From Candidatus Eiseniibacteriota bacterium (GTDB lineage Bacteria; Eisenbacteria; RBG-16-71-46), in contig JBGAOA010000008.1 of assembly GCA_044222065.1 (NCBI GenBank), forward strand, positions 19,229 to 83,228: a DNA stretch of 64,000 nt. The letters are read 5' to 3'. Shown here piece by piece: positions 7,501-17,372 of this stretch. Numbering within the stretch: position 1 is the first letter of the stretch; every line of letters starts with the position of its first letter. The position numbers were made by a program, and so were the translations under genes. The notes under the pieces are model-generated. The model ran no database searches. It was not told the DNA's origin and saw nothing but the letters and a program-made list of their open reading frames with translations.

Positions 7501-9920
7501 CGCTTCACTCCCCGGAACGTCGGCGCGAGCCAGGACACGAGCACGACGGTGAGCGAACTCGCCGGCATGAGCAACGCGGCGACGATCGGATGGATGAGGC
7601 CGGCCATCGCGAGCGCCACGCCGACGGCGTTGTACACGAGCGAGAACACGATGTTCGCTCGAATGACGCCGAGGGTCCGGCGCGCGCCGTCCACGAGCGT
7701 GACGAGCGGGGCGATCCCGGGCTCGGACAGGTACACGTCGGCGGTGGCGGCGCACGCCTCGGCCCCGCCGCGCACCGCGATGCCGACGGTCGCGCGCGCG
7801 AGCGCGGCGGCGTCGTTGAGGCCATCGCCGACCATCGCGACGGGGCCGGCGTCAGCCGCGCGCTCGACCTCGGCGAGCTTGTCCTCGGGCGTCGCGCCGC
7901 CGCGGCACGAGCCCGGCTCGAATCCGAGCGCGGCGCCGACCGAACGCGCCACGGACGGGTCGTCTCCCGAGAGCATCTCGAGCGCGAAGCCGCGCTCGCG
8001 CAGGCGAGCGAGCGCCGCGGCGGAATCGTCGCGCACGGGATCGCCGAAGCCGGCGCGCGCGACGACGCGGCCGTCCACGGCGACCCACACGGGCGTCCAC
8101 GTCGCGCCGAACGGCGACTCGAAGCCGCCGCGCGCGCGTGCGCTCACGAACGCGGGAGAGCCGACGACGACGACCCGGCCCCCCGCGCGGCCCTCGATGC
8201 CGCCTCCGACGAAGTGACGCACGTCGCTCGCGTCGGCCGCGCGCACGTCCGGCCACGCCTCGAGGAATCCGCGCGCGACCGGATGCGCGGCGTCGCGTTC
8301 GAGCGCGAGCACGAGCGGCCGCACGTCGTCCGGTCCCTCCCACGCGGCGAGCGACGTGCGGCCGAGCGTCAGCGTTCCCGTCTTGTCGAGCACCATGCGC
8401 AGCGGCTTCGAAAGCGCCTCGAGGGCGTCGCCGCCCTTGACGAGGATGCCGAGCGAGGCGGCGCGGCCGATCGCGACCGTGACGGCGAGCGGCGTCGCGA
8501 GCGCGAGCGCGCACGGGCACGTGACGATGAGCACGGCGATCGCCGCGTCCACCGAACGCGCGGGATCGCGCACGAGCCAGATCGCGGCCGTGAGCGCGGC
8601 GAGCGCGAGCACCGCGGCGACGAAGCGGCCCGAGAGCGAGTCCGCGAGCCGCACGACCGGCGCGCGGCGCTGCGCCCCTTCCTCGACCGCGCGCAGCATG
8701 CGTCCGACGCGTGTCTCCTCGCCCGCGACCTCGACGCGCGCGCGCACCGTCGAGGTGCGGTTCACGGCGCCGGCGAACACCGGCGTCCCCGGGCCCGCGG
8801 ACTGCGGCCGCGACTCCCCGCTCAGGAACGACAGGTCGAGGTCGGTCTCGCCGGACTCCACGACGCCGTCGGCCGGGAACGACTCGCCGGGCCGCACCTC
8901 GACGAGCATGCCCGGCAGCAGCGCGCCGCTCGGCGTCTCGCGCACCGCGTCGCCCTCGACGACGCGCGACGACGAAGGCGCGAAGGCGTGCAGCAGTTCC
9001 GCGGAGTCGGCCGCCGCACGCTGCGCGCGCGTCTGCAGGAAGCGTCCGACGAGCAGCAGGAAGACGAGCATCGAGAGTCCGTCGAAGTAGATCGGTCCCT
9101 CCCCGCGCACCGTGTTGACGACGCCCTGGAGCCACCCGGCCCCGAGCGCCAGCGCGATCGGCACGTCCATGTGCAGCCGGCGCGCGCGCAGCGCGCCGAG
9201 GGCGCTGCGGAAGAAGACGCTCCCCGGCCAGATCAGCGCGGGCGTCGCGAGCGCGAAGCTCGACCAGCGCAGGTAACGCTCGTGTTCGCCCTCGATGCCG
9301 CTGAACCAGCCGGCCCACAGGGCGACGGCGACCATCATCGCGTTCGCGGTGATCGCGCCCGCGACGCCGATGCGCGAGAGCATCGCGCGGTCCTCGTCGC
9401 GGCGCATCGCCTCGGCGCGCACGCCGCGGAACGGGTGCGGCCGGTAGCCGATCTCGTCGAGCGCCCGCGCGAGCGACGACAGCGCGGTCGCCGTCGGATC
9501 CCAGCGCACGCGCACGCGCGAGCGCGGCAGCTCGAGTTCGGCCGCGATCGCGCCGTGGGCGAAGCGCGGCAGGCGCTCGACGAGCCACACGCACGCGGCG
9601 CAGTGCACGCCCTCGAGGTACAGATCCACCTCGGAGACGCCGCGCGCGGTGCGCACGTAGCGTTCGTGGAACGACGCGTGGTCGAACTCCTCGTAGCTGC
9701 GCTCGCGTTCCGCGACGGCCGTGCGGCGGCGCTCGGGCAGCGCGTAGTAGCCCTCGAGCCCGCTCGCGTGGAGCACGTGCCACGCGGTCTCGCAGCCGTT
9801 GCAGCAGAACGACGCGCTCGCGCCCCTCACGCGGTCGGGCGGCACGTCGAGCCCGCAGTGCGTGCACGGCGCCGCGACGTCGGGCGTGTCGCCCGCGGCG
9901 ATCGAGTCAGCGATGCTCAC
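7497..9920 (-). CDS. ccoI: P1B-type heavy-metal (Cu) ATPase CcoI/FixI
   Basis: CTHCG...FCCNGC N-terminus, GVHCAAC HMA motif, LSGES, TCPCAL, DKTGTLT, GDGLNDA. Confidence 0.92.
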   Translation of the reverse strand: MSIADSIAAGDTPDVAAPCTHCGLDVPPDRVRGASASFCCNGCETAWHVLHASGLEGYYALPERRRTAVAERERSYEEFDHASFHERYVRTARGVSEVDLYLEGVHCAACVWLVERLPRFAHGAIAAELELPRSRVRVRWDPTATALSSLARALDEIGYRPHPFRGVRAEAMRRDEDRAMLSRIGVAGAITANAMMVAVALWAGWFSGIEGEHERYLRWSSFALATPALIWPGSVFFRSALGALRARRLHMDVPIALALGAGWLQGVVNTVRGEGPIYFDGLSMLVFLLLVGRFLQTRAQRAAADSAELLHAFAPSSSRVVEGDAVRETPSGALLPGMLVEVRPGESFPADGVVESGETDLDLSFLSGESRPQSAGPGTPVFAGAVNRTSTVRARVEVAGEETRVGRMLRAVEEGAQRRAPVVRLADSLSGRFVAAVLALAALTAAIWLVRDPARSVDAAIAVLIVTCPCALALATPLAVTVAIGRAASLGILVKGGDALEALSKPLRMVLDKTGTLTLGRTSLAAWEGPDDVRPLVLALERDAAHPVARGFLEAWPDVRAADASDVRHFVGGGIEGRAGGRVVVVGSPAFVSARARGGFESPFGATWTPVWVAVDGRVVARAGFGDPVRDDSAAALARLRERGFALEMLSGDDPSVARSVGAALGFEPGSCRGGATPEDKLAEVERAADAGPVAMVGDGLNDAAALARATVGIAVRGGAEACAATADVYLSEPGIAPLVTLVDGARRTLGVIRANIVFSLVYNAVGVALAMAGLIHPIVAALLMPASSLTVVLVSWLAPTFRGVKR

Positions 9921-10641
9921 CGGGGAAGCACTTCTCGCACGCCGCGCCGGGCACGAGCGGAATGGGGCGGAACTTGCCCGCGATCGTCAGCAGCCCGATC
10001 ACGATGAGCGCGGAGCCGGCGAGGATCGGGAGCCGTCGCGAGAGCGGCGCGATCGCGCGCTGCGCGAGCCAGCCGAGACCGGTCAGGACCGGCAGCGTCC
10101 CGGCCCAGAACGCGGTCATCGCGAGCGCGCCGAGGAGCGGATGGCCGGTCGAGGCGGCCGCCGCGACGAACGCCCAGAGGAAGCCGCACGGCAGCAGCCC
10201 CGAAGCGAGTCCGATCGTGAGCGAGCGCACCTCGGGTGACTGCGCGCGCACGAGCCGGAGCAGCGCGACGATCGCACGCCCGCGCGCCGGAACCGCAGGA
10301 GGCGTCGGCGGCACGGCGTTCGCCGGCGCGCCCCACGGCGCGAATCCGAGCGCGCGCGCGAGCTGCGCTCCGCCCCACAGCACCATGACCGCGCCCGCGA
10401 CGATCGCGGCGCCGTGCGCGACCCCGGCGAGTTCGCCCGCCCGCTGCAGCCCGAGTCCGAAGGTCCCCGCGAGCGCACCGAGCGCGGCGTACGCCGCGAG
10501 CCGCCCGCCGTGATAGGCGAGCTGCGGAGCGAGGCGACGGTCCTGGCCGGCGACGAAGCACACGAATCCGCCGCACATGCCCGCGCAGTGCGGGCTGCCG
10601 ACGAGGCTCGCGCCGAGCACCGAGAGCACGAGCGCGATCAC
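9907..10641 (-). CDS. DsbD_2 / TauE-like membrane protein of cbb3 assembly clusters
   Basis: SPHCAGMCGG, YHGGRLAAY, GLLPCGFLW, MTAFWAGTLP; GTG start overlaps the fixH stop. Confidence 0.85.
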   Translation of the reverse strand: MIALVLSVLGASLVGSPHCAGMCGGFVCFVAGQDRRLAPQLAYHGGRLAAYAALGALAGTFGLGLQRAGELAGVAHGAAIVAGAVMVLWGGAQLARALGFAPWGAPANAVPPTPPAVPARGRAIVALLRLVRAQSPEVRSLTIGLASGLLPCGFLWAFVAAAASTGHPLLGALAMTAFWAGTLPVLTGLGWLAQRAIAPLSRRLPILAGSALIVIGLLTIAGKFRPIPLVPGAACEKCFPGEHR

Positions 10642-11120
10642 CGCGCGGGCGCTCCCGTGTCGCGCCGGAGCGACGCGACGAAGTGGTCGGCCCCGCGCTC
10701 CGCGTCCACGCGCAGCTCCCAGAGCCCCGCGCGATGGAACGGCAGCGCCGCGGCGTAGACGCCGGGGCGCACCTCGGGAAGAGCACCCGTCACCGGTCGG
10801 CTCGCCTCGAGGTTGTGGATCGCCTCGAGCCGCACGTGTGCGCCCGTGAGCGGCGCGCCCGCACGGTCGGCGAGCGCGATCTCGACGCGCGCGGCGCCGC
10901 CCTCGGGCGCTCCGATCCCCGCGACGGCCGACCAGCCGAGCGCCGCACTGCGCGATTCGATCGCGCGGGTCGAGTCCCAGGCCACGGCCTTGCGGTAGTA
11001 GTCGGGCTCGACGACCGACGCATCGCGTTCGTTCGCGGCCCAGATCAGGAATGCGTTCGCGGCCACGGTCAGCGCGAGCACCGTGACGATCGCGATCGGC
11101 CACAGCCGCGCGCCGTTCAT
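10638..11120 (-). CDS. ccoH: FixH/CcoH family protein
   Basis: N-terminal TM (WPIAIVTVLALTVAAN), VVEPDYYRKAVAWD, C-terminal GVYAA...GLWELRV; lies between ccoG and ccoI. Confidence 0.8.
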   Translation of the reverse strand: MNGARLWPIAIVTVLALTVAANAFLIWAANERDASVVEPDYYRKAVAWDSTRAIESRSAALGWSAVAGIGAPEGGAARVEIALADRAGAPLTGAHVRLEAIHNLEASRPVTGALPEVRPGVYAAALPFHRAGLWELRVDAERGADHFVASLRRDTGAPAR

Positions 11121-12541
11121 TTCGACGCGCCTCCCGTCGGCGCCGCCGGCGCGGCGTCCTCGGGACCCACGAGCCGGTACGGCCGGCGCACGGAGAGGCG
11201 CTCGCCGTCCTGGACGATGAACTCCACGTCGAGCATGCCCGAGCGGAACGACCCGCGCGGCGCGAGCACGAACACGGTGGCCGTCTCCCACTTGCCCGAA
11301 CGCACGGGGAGCGGATTGATCGGCGCGACGAGCTGCGCGCCGGGAGCGCCCTCGAGCGCGATGCCGTAGCGGCGGTCGGCGCCGAAGTTGCGCACCTTGA
11401 TGCGGATCGTGTTCAGCACGCGGCCGTCCGCCTGCACGACGAACGGCTCTCCGCCGCCGCGCAGCACGGTCACGTCGGTGTCCGAACGCGACGCGAGCGC
11501 CCAGCTGAAGAGACCCAGCGTGGCCACCAGCACGAGCGGGTACGCGACGACGCGCATGCGGAAGCGGCGCTTCGCCGCGCCTTCGAATCCGTTGCGCGAG
11601 CCGTAGCGGATCAGCCCGGGCGCCTTGCCGACGTTCGCCATCACGCGATCGCAGGCGTCCATGCACTGCGTGCAGTGCACGCACTCCATCTGCAGGCCCT
11701 CGCGGATGTCGATGCCCGTCGGGCACGTGAGCACGCACAGTCCGCAGTCCACGCAGTCGCCCGCGCCTTCCGGGCGCGGGCGCGCGCCCTTCGCGCGCGG
11801 CTCCCCGCGGCGCCCGTCGTAGCCGACGATCAGCGAGCCCTTGTCGAGCAGCGCCGACTGGATGCGGCCGTAGGGGCAGGCGACGAGGCAGGTCTGCTCG
11901 CGGAAGTACGCGAAGTCGAAGAAGATCAGCCCGGTCGTGAACATCACGATGAAGAACGACGTCCAGTGCTGCGCCGGCGGGCCCTGCATCCAGGTCCAGA
12001 GGCGCGCCGGAGGCACGAAGTACGCGAGGAACGTGTGCGCGAGGAACAGCGCGAGCACCAGGTAGAACGCGTTCTTCGCGACCCGCCGGCCCGAGAATCC
12101 GCCCTGGCGATCGAGGCGCTTGGAGCCGCGATCGCCGCCCTCGAACAGCCGCTCGACCGGGCGGAACAGGAACTCCATGTACACGGTCTGCGGGCACGCC
12201 CAGCCGCACCACACGCGTCCGAACAGCGCCGTCGCGAGGAAGATGCCGATCAGGATGCTCACGAGCAGCAGCATGAAGAGCAGCGTGTCCGTCGAGTAGA
12301 ACGTCGTGCCGAGCAGCGAGAACTCGCGCCGCGGAAGGTCGATCAGGAGCACCGGGCGCCCGCCGATCGAGAGGTACGGCACGATGAAGAACACGAGCAT
12401 CAGCACGTAGGCCGTGATGCGCCGCCGCTTCCACCAGCGGCCGGCGGACGGCTTGGGCCGGATCCAGCGGCGCGAGCCGTCCACATTGAGCGTGGACAGC
12501 ACGCGTTCCTGGGCCTGGATCGGTGCCGGGCGGGTCGCCAT
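11117..12541 (-). CDS. ccoG: cbb3 accessory protein CcoG/FixG (4Fe-4S membrane protein)
   Basis: GRVWCGWACPQTV, REQTCLVACPYGRIQS, CVDCGLCVLTCPTGIDIR, ECVHCTQCMDAC. Confidence 0.95.
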   Translation of the reverse strand: MATRPAPIQAQERVLSTLNVDGSRRWIRPKPSAGRWWKRRRITAYVLMLVFFIVPYLSIGGRPVLLIDLPRREFSLLGTTFYSTDTLLFMLLLVSILIGIFLATALFGRVWCGWACPQTVYMEFLFRPVERLFEGGDRGSKRLDRQGGFSGRRVAKNAFYLVLALFLAHTFLAYFVPPARLWTWMQGPPAQHWTSFFIVMFTTGLIFFDFAYFREQTCLVACPYGRIQSALLDKGSLIVGYDGRRGEPRAKGARPRPEGAGDCVDCGLCVLTCPTGIDIREGLQMECVHCTQCMDACDRVMANVGKAPGLIRYGSRNGFEGAAKRRFRMRVVAYPLVLVATLGLFSWALASRSDTDVTVLRGGGEPFVVQADGRVLNTIRIKVRNFGADRRYGIALEGAPGAQLVAPINPLPVRSGKWETATVFVLAPRGSFRSGMLDVEFIVQDGERLSVRRPYRLVGPEDAAPAAPTGGASK

Positions 12542-12728
12542 TCGATTCCTTCTCCCTGCCGGTCCCTGCCGGCGTGACCACGAACCTGCGGCGCGGGCGA
12601 GAATCGCCCCGCGACTTCACGGGGCGACTCCCGCCCGAGCGCCGACGACGCGACCGGACGCGAAGCCGCCCCCTCACCGCGTCGCCGCCTCGCGGGGCGG
12701 CGATCGGCCCGCGGTTCGTCTGGCCGAG

Positions 12729-13337
12729 CTAGTGCTCGGACTTTTCGGGCGCGGCGGCCTCCTCGGTCTCCTCCAGTTTGTTCCCCTGCGGCTCCTTGGG
12801 ATTCGCGGGGTGCGTTCCGCGCACGGTCAGCACGTAGGCCGCGACTTCGTTCACGGTCTCCGGCTTGAGCGATTGCCCCCAGGCCGGCATGCCCTTGTCG
12901 AGCACGCCGTTCGTGATCGTGTTCAGGATCTCGAGCGGTTTGCCGCCGTGGATCCAGTACTCGTCGGTGAGATTCGGCCCGATGTTGCCGCCCGCGTCCT
13001 CACGGTGACACGGCGCGCACGTCGAGACGAACGTCTGCTTGCCGGCCGCCATCTTCGCGGCATCCGACACGAGCGCCAGCAGCGCCTCTTCGGTCATCGC
13101 GGGAGCCGCGGGCGCCGCCGCGGCGTACTTCTGCTGCGCTTCGGCCATGTCGCGCTCGTAGTTCGCGATCCGGCCCTTGCCGATGCCGATGCCGGGAACG
13201 TTGAACCAGTAGAGCACCGACCAGAGGATCGTGGCCCAGAAGATCAGCACCCACCAGCGCGGAAGCGGGTTGTCGTACTCCTGGATGCCGTCGCTGTCGT
13301 GCTCGATCAGGCGATCCTGCTTCTTGTCCTCGTTCAT
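12729..13337 (-). CDS. ccoP: cbb3 oxidase subunit III, mono-haem form
   Basis: HDSDGIQEYDNPLPRWW (FixP_N), single CAPCH, GPNLTDEYWIHGG, KGMPAW. Confidence 0.92.
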   Translation of the reverse strand: MNEDKKQDRLIEHDSDGIQEYDNPLPRWWVLIFWATILWSVLYWFNVPGIGIGKGRIANYERDMAEAQQKYAAAAPAAPAMTEEALLALVSDAAKMAAGKQTFVSTCAPCHREDAGGNIGPNLTDEYWIHGGKPLEILNTITNGVLDKGMPAWGQSLKPETVNEVAAYVLTVRGTHPANPKEPQGNKLEETEEAAAPEKSEH

Positions 13338-13531
13338 CGCTGCGCCCCCGTGCGCGAAAGCTCACGCGGATCGTCCTCGAGCGGGAGCCGGCTCGCGCGC
13401 TCCATCTCCCGCCGGTTCGAGAACACCGTCACTCGCAGCATCACCGCCACGAACGCGACCAGGAACAGGATCATCGCGATCTCGGCGTAGCCGGACAGAC
13501 CGGCGTGGCCCATGACGTCGGAGAGCTTCAC
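13334..13531 (-). CDS. ccoQ: cbb3 oxidase subunit IV
   Basis: 65-aa single-TM protein ending MERASRLPLEDD; lies between ccoNO and ccoP. Confidence 0.8.
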   Translation of the reverse strand: MKLSDVMGHAGLSGYAEIAMILFLVAFVAVMLRVTVFSNRREMERASRLPLEDDPRELSRTGAQR

Positions 13532-13532
13532 G

Positions 13533-15722
13533 TCAGCGCCCTCCCGTCGCGAGGCCCGCGGCCGAGGGCACGACCGCCGCCGCCGGCGCGCTCTCGGCCT
13601 TGATGTCCTTGCCCAGCCGCTGCAGGTACGCGACGAGCGCGACGATCTCCTTGTCGCCGAGATCCGCGGGGCCGCCGGAGGCGGCGATCTGGGCGCCGAG
13701 TTCCTGAGCCTGCGCCTTCGCGAGGCCCGGGGCGTCCTTCACGGCGTCGCCGTACGGCACGCCGAGCATCGCCATCGCATCCACGCGCTTCTGGATCGAG
13801 GCGAAGTCGAGCGGATTCCTCAGCATCTCCGGATACGCCGGCATGATCGAGCGCGGCGTGATCGCGCGTGGATTCTCCATGTGCCGCACGTGCCACAGGT
13901 CGGGGTACTTGCCGCCTTCGCGCGCGAGGTCCGGTCCGATGCGGCGCGAGCCCCACAGGAACGGGTGGTCGTACACGAACTCGCCCGGCTTCGAGTACTC
14001 GCCGTAGCGCTCGGTCTCGTAGCGGAGCGGCCGGACCATCTGCGAGTGGCAGTTGAAGCAGCCTTCGCGGATGTACAGGTCGCGGCCGGCGAGTTCGAGC
14101 GGCGTGTAGGGATGCACGGATGCGATCGTCGGCACGTTCGAGCGGATGAGGAACGTGGGCAGGATCTCGAACAGCGACGCCACGATGACCGCCAGCGCCG
14201 TGAGCACCGTGAACACGGCGGGCATCGCCTCCCAGCGGCGGTGGAAGCCGACGCTCGCGAGGCCCGGTTCGACGTGGATCGCCGCGCCGCGCTCGAGCGG
14301 CGCCGCCTGGACGACCGGCTCCTCGTAGGTCTTCGGGCGCCGCGACCAGGTCATGAGGATGTTGTAGCCGAACATTCCCATGCCGATCAGGTACAGCGTG
14401 CCGCCGACGGCGCGCATCCAGTACATCGGCATGAGGCGGACGGTCGTCTCGATGAAGTCCGGGAACTGCAGCCGGCCGGTCTCGTCGAACGCGCGCCACA
14501 TGAGGCCCTGCGTGAGGCCGGCGCTGTAGATCGCGGACGCATAGAAGATGATGCCGAACGTCGCGAACCAGAAGTGCACCTCGGCGAGGCGCTTCGAATA
14601 GAGAGGCGTCTGGAACAGCCGCGGCAGCAGCCAGTAGACCATGCCGAACGTGAGCAGTCCGTTCCAGCCGAGGGCGCCCGTGTGCACGTGCGCGATGATC
14701 CAATCCGTGTAGTGCGCGAGCGCGTTCACCGCCTTCACGCTCATCATCGGACCTTCGAACGTGGACATGCCGTACGCCGTCACCGCCACGACGAAGAACT
14801 TGAGCACCGGGTCGTCCACGACCTTGTTCCACGCGCCGCGGAGCGTCAGCAGGCCATTGACCATGCCGCCCCACGACGGCATCCACAGCATGACGCTGAA
14901 GATCATGCCGAGCGTCGAGGCCCACTCCGGCAGCGCCGTGTAGTGCAGGTGGTGCGGACCGGCCCAGATGTAGAGGAACACGAGGGTCCAGAAGTGCAGG
15001 ATCGAGAGCCGGTACGAGAACACCGGACGATCGGCCGCCTTCGGCATGAAGTAGTACATGAGGCCGAGGAACGGGGTCGTGAGGAAGAACGCGACCGCGT
15101 TGTGGCCGTACCACCACTGCATGAACGCGTCCTGGACGCCGGCGTAGATCGAGTAGCTCTTGAACGGGAACACCGGCAGCGACAGGTTGTTGAAGATGTG
15201 CAGGATCGCGACGGTCACGATGCTGGCGATGTAGAACCAGATCGCCACGTAGATGTGGCGCTCGCGCCGGCGGGCCACCGTGCCGAAGAAGTTCACTGCG
15301 AAGACGACCCACACGACGGCGATCGCGATGTCGATCGGCCATTCCAGCTCGGCGTATTCCTTCGCCTGCGTGAAGCCGAGCGGAAGCGTGAGCGCGGCGC
15401 TCACGATGATCGCCTGCCAGCCCCAGAAGTGGATCCGCGAGAGCAGGTCCGAGAACATGCGGGTCTTGAGCAGGCGCTGCGTCGAGTAGTAGGCGCCGCA
15501 GAAGATCGCGTTGCCCGCGAACGCGAAGATGACGGCGTTCGTGTGCAGCGGGCGGATGCGGCCGAAGTTCAGCCACGGTCCGAAGTTCAGGGACGGCACC
15601 GCGAGCTGGAGCGCCGCGATCAGGCCGACGAGCATCCCCACGAACCCCCAGATGAAGGTGGCCCAGAGGAACTTGCGGACGATGTCGTCGTCGTACTTGA
15701 AGGAGTCGAGCCTCGTGTTCAT
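13533..15722 (-). CDS. ccoN: Fused cbb3 oxidase subunits I/II (CcoNO)
   Basis: FGRIRPLHTNAVIFAF, QWWYGHNAVAFFLT, WAGPHHLHY, AHVH, then CcoO EGCFNCHSQMVRP and WGSRRIGPDL; ATG at 15722 with GGGAGG RBS. Confidence 0.96.
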   Translation of the reverse strand: MNTRLDSFKYDDDIVRKFLWATFIWGFVGMLVGLIAALQLAVPSLNFGPWLNFGRIRPLHTNAVIFAFAGNAIFCGAYYSTQRLLKTRMFSDLLSRIHFWGWQAIIVSAALTLPLGFTQAKEYAELEWPIDIAIAVVWVVFAVNFFGTVARRRERHIYVAIWFYIASIVTVAILHIFNNLSLPVFPFKSYSIYAGVQDAFMQWWYGHNAVAFFLTTPFLGLMYYFMPKAADRPVFSYRLSILHFWTLVFLYIWAGPHHLHYTALPEWASTLGMIFSVMLWMPSWGGMVNGLLTLRGAWNKVVDDPVLKFFVVAVTAYGMSTFEGPMMSVKAVNALAHYTDWIIAHVHTGALGWNGLLTFGMVYWLLPRLFQTPLYSKRLAEVHFWFATFGIIFYASAIYSAGLTQGLMWRAFDETGRLQFPDFIETTVRLMPMYWMRAVGGTLYLIGMGMFGYNILMTWSRRPKTYEEPVVQAAPLERGAAIHVEPGLASVGFHRRWEAMPAVFTVLTALAVIVASLFEILPTFLIRSNVPTIASVHPYTPLELAGRDLYIREGCFNCHSQMVRPLRYETERYGEYSKPGEFVYDHPFLWGSRRIGPDLAREGGKYPDLWHVRHMENPRAITPRSIMPAYPEMLRNPLDFASIQKRVDAMAMLGVPYGDAVKDAPGLAKAQAQELGAQIAASGGPADLGDKEIVALVAYLQRLGKDIKAESAPAAAVVPSAAGLATGGR

Positions 15723-15771
15723 CGCACCTCCCGGGCGAATCGGAATCACTGCTTCGGCGCCAGCCGGGCAA

Positions 15772-15806
15772 CAAAAAAACGGAGAGAGAACCTCGTGCTC
15801 CTCTCC
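15772..15806 (-). terminator. Terminator-like hairpin with T run between purA and ccoNO
   Basis: Minus strand GGAGAGGAGC-ACGAG-GTTCTCTCTCC followed by GTTTTTTTGTT. Confidence 0.5.
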
Positions 15807-15822
15807 TGACAGCCCCGCGCAG

Positions 15823-15839
15823 GGCAACCGGCGGGCCAG
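15823..15839 (-). promoter_or_regulatory. Putative sigma54 (-24/-12) promoter upstream of ccoNO
   Basis: CTGGCCCGCCGGTTGCC: GG-N10-GC spacing, one mismatch to TGGCACG-N4-TTGC. Confidence 0.5.
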
Positions 15840-16024
15840 CATCGAGTTGCCGCCGTTCGGAAGCCTCCGGAGGTCACAAGTGGTCGTTTGACAGTCTTTT
15901 GACTCCGGCGACTCGTGTGAGCCGCGAAGACGTCGTCCTCTACTCTCCTGGCGGGTCGCCTGCCAACCCGACAGAGGTCTGACGGTGTGGCGGGCGCCGG
16001 AATCCTCGGGGCTCCGATGCGCGA

Positions 16025-17296
16025 CTAGCGGCGGCTCACTTCCGCGGCGCGCGCGGCGCCGACCGAGACGGTCCGGATCGGAACGCCGACCTCGCGCTCG
16101 ATCCACTCGAGGTACTCCGTCGCCGGACGCGGCAGATCGCTCCAGCGCCGGGCGGACGTCGTGTCGTGGCGCCAGCCCGGAAAGGTCCGGAACACGGGCC
16201 GGCAGCGTGCGAGACGTGACGCGTCGTTCGGGTAGGTGTCGACACGCGCCCCGTCGCACTCGTACGCGACCGCCGCGCGAATCTCCTCGAAGCGATCGAG
16301 GACATCGAGCTTCGTCACGATCAGCGCATCGAGTCCGTTCACGCGCGCCGCGTAGCGCAGCGCCGGCAGGTCCAGCCATCCGCACCGACGCGGCCGCCCG
16401 GTCGTCGCCCCGTACTCCTCGCCCGCCTCGCGCAACCGCGCCGCTTCCTCCTCGGGCATCTCGGTCGGGAACGGGCCGTTGCCGACGCGCGTCGCGTAGG
16501 CCTTCGTCACGCCGAGGACCCGGTCCACGGCGCGCGGGCCGAGCCCGACGCCGAGCGTCGCGCCCGAAGCGCTCGCGGGCGACGACGTGACGAACGGATA
16601 GGTGCCGTGGTCGAGGTCGAGCAGAGTGCCCTGCGCCCCTTCGAGCAAAACGCGCCGTCCGTCGGCGAGCGCGCGATGGAGCGCCTCGGAGACGTCGCAG
16701 ACGAGCGGCTCCAGGAGCGCGACGCACGGCGCGAGTTCCGCGAGGAGCGCGGCGCCGTTCATGTCGCGCAGCGACTCGACCTCGGGGTATTCGAGGCGCA
16801 GTCGCTCGAGCCGGCGGTCCACGCGCTCGGCGAACGTGTCGGGCTCGAGCAGGTCCGCGACGCGCACGCCGCTGCGCGCGGCCTTGTCGCGATACGCGAA
16901 GCCGATGCCGCGGCCCGTCGTGCCGATCGCGGAGGGGCCCTGCTCGGCGAGCGCCTCGACCGCGCGGTGGTACGGCAGGATGAGGTGCGCCGCGGCGCTC
17001 ACGCCGAGCCGCGCGCGCACGTCCACCCCGAGCGACTCGACCCGCGACACCTCGTCGAGAAGGCTCTTCGGATCCACGACGACGCCGTTGCCGATGTAGC
17101 AGCGCGTGTGGCGCTCGAGGATGCCGGACGGCACGAGGTGCAGCACGAGCGTGCGCCCCTCGTGGATCACGCTGTGCCCGGCGTTCGGTCCGCCCTGGTA
17201 GCGCGCGACGACGTCGGCGTCGGCGCTCAGCGCGTCGACGATCTTGCCCTTGCCTTCATCGCCCCACTGGGCGCCGACGACGACGGTGCACGGCAC
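16025..17296 (-). CDS. purA: Adenylosuccinate synthetase
   Basis: GAQWGDEGKGKIVD, QGGPNAGHS, IGTTGRGIG, EGAQGTLLDLDHGTYPFVTS, GATTGRPRRCGWLD. Confidence 0.97.
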   Translation of the reverse strand: MPCTVVVGAQWGDEGKGKIVDALSADADVVARYQGGPNAGHSVIHEGRTLVLHLVPSGILERHTRCYIGNGVVVDPKSLLDEVSRVESLGVDVRARLGVSAAAHLILPYHRAVEALAEQGPSAIGTTGRGIGFAYRDKAARSGVRVADLLEPDTFAERVDRRLERLRLEYPEVESLRDMNGAALLAELAPCVALLEPLVCDVSEALHRALADGRRVLLEGAQGTLLDLDHGTYPFVTSSPASASGATLGVGLGPRAVDRVLGVTKAYATRVGNGPFPTEMPEEEAARLREAGEEYGATTGRPRRCGWLDLPALRYAARVNGLDALIVTKLDVLDRFEEIRAAVAYECDGARVDTYPNDASRLARCRPVFRTFPGWRHDTTSARRWSDLPRPATEYLEWIEREVGVPIRTVSVGAARAAEVSRR

Positions 17297-17372
17297 GCTC
17301 GATCCTCCCCGGAAAAGAGCCGCGGCACGCTAGCAAAGGGGTCCGCACCCGGCAAGGACCGCGAGCGGCGCG

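Noticed and set aside
7097..16000. cco cluster as an island integrated at tRNA-Lys
   Set aside because: It lies on the 5' side of the tRNA, with no integrase, no duplicated tRNA 3' end and no obvious composition shift.
15723..16727. N-terminal extension of ccoNO in the ORF track (likewise lon to 23415 and ribBA to 3248)
   Set aside because: The extensions overlap upstream genes in another frame; starts with an RBS or stop overlap sit at 15722, 22053 and 2861.
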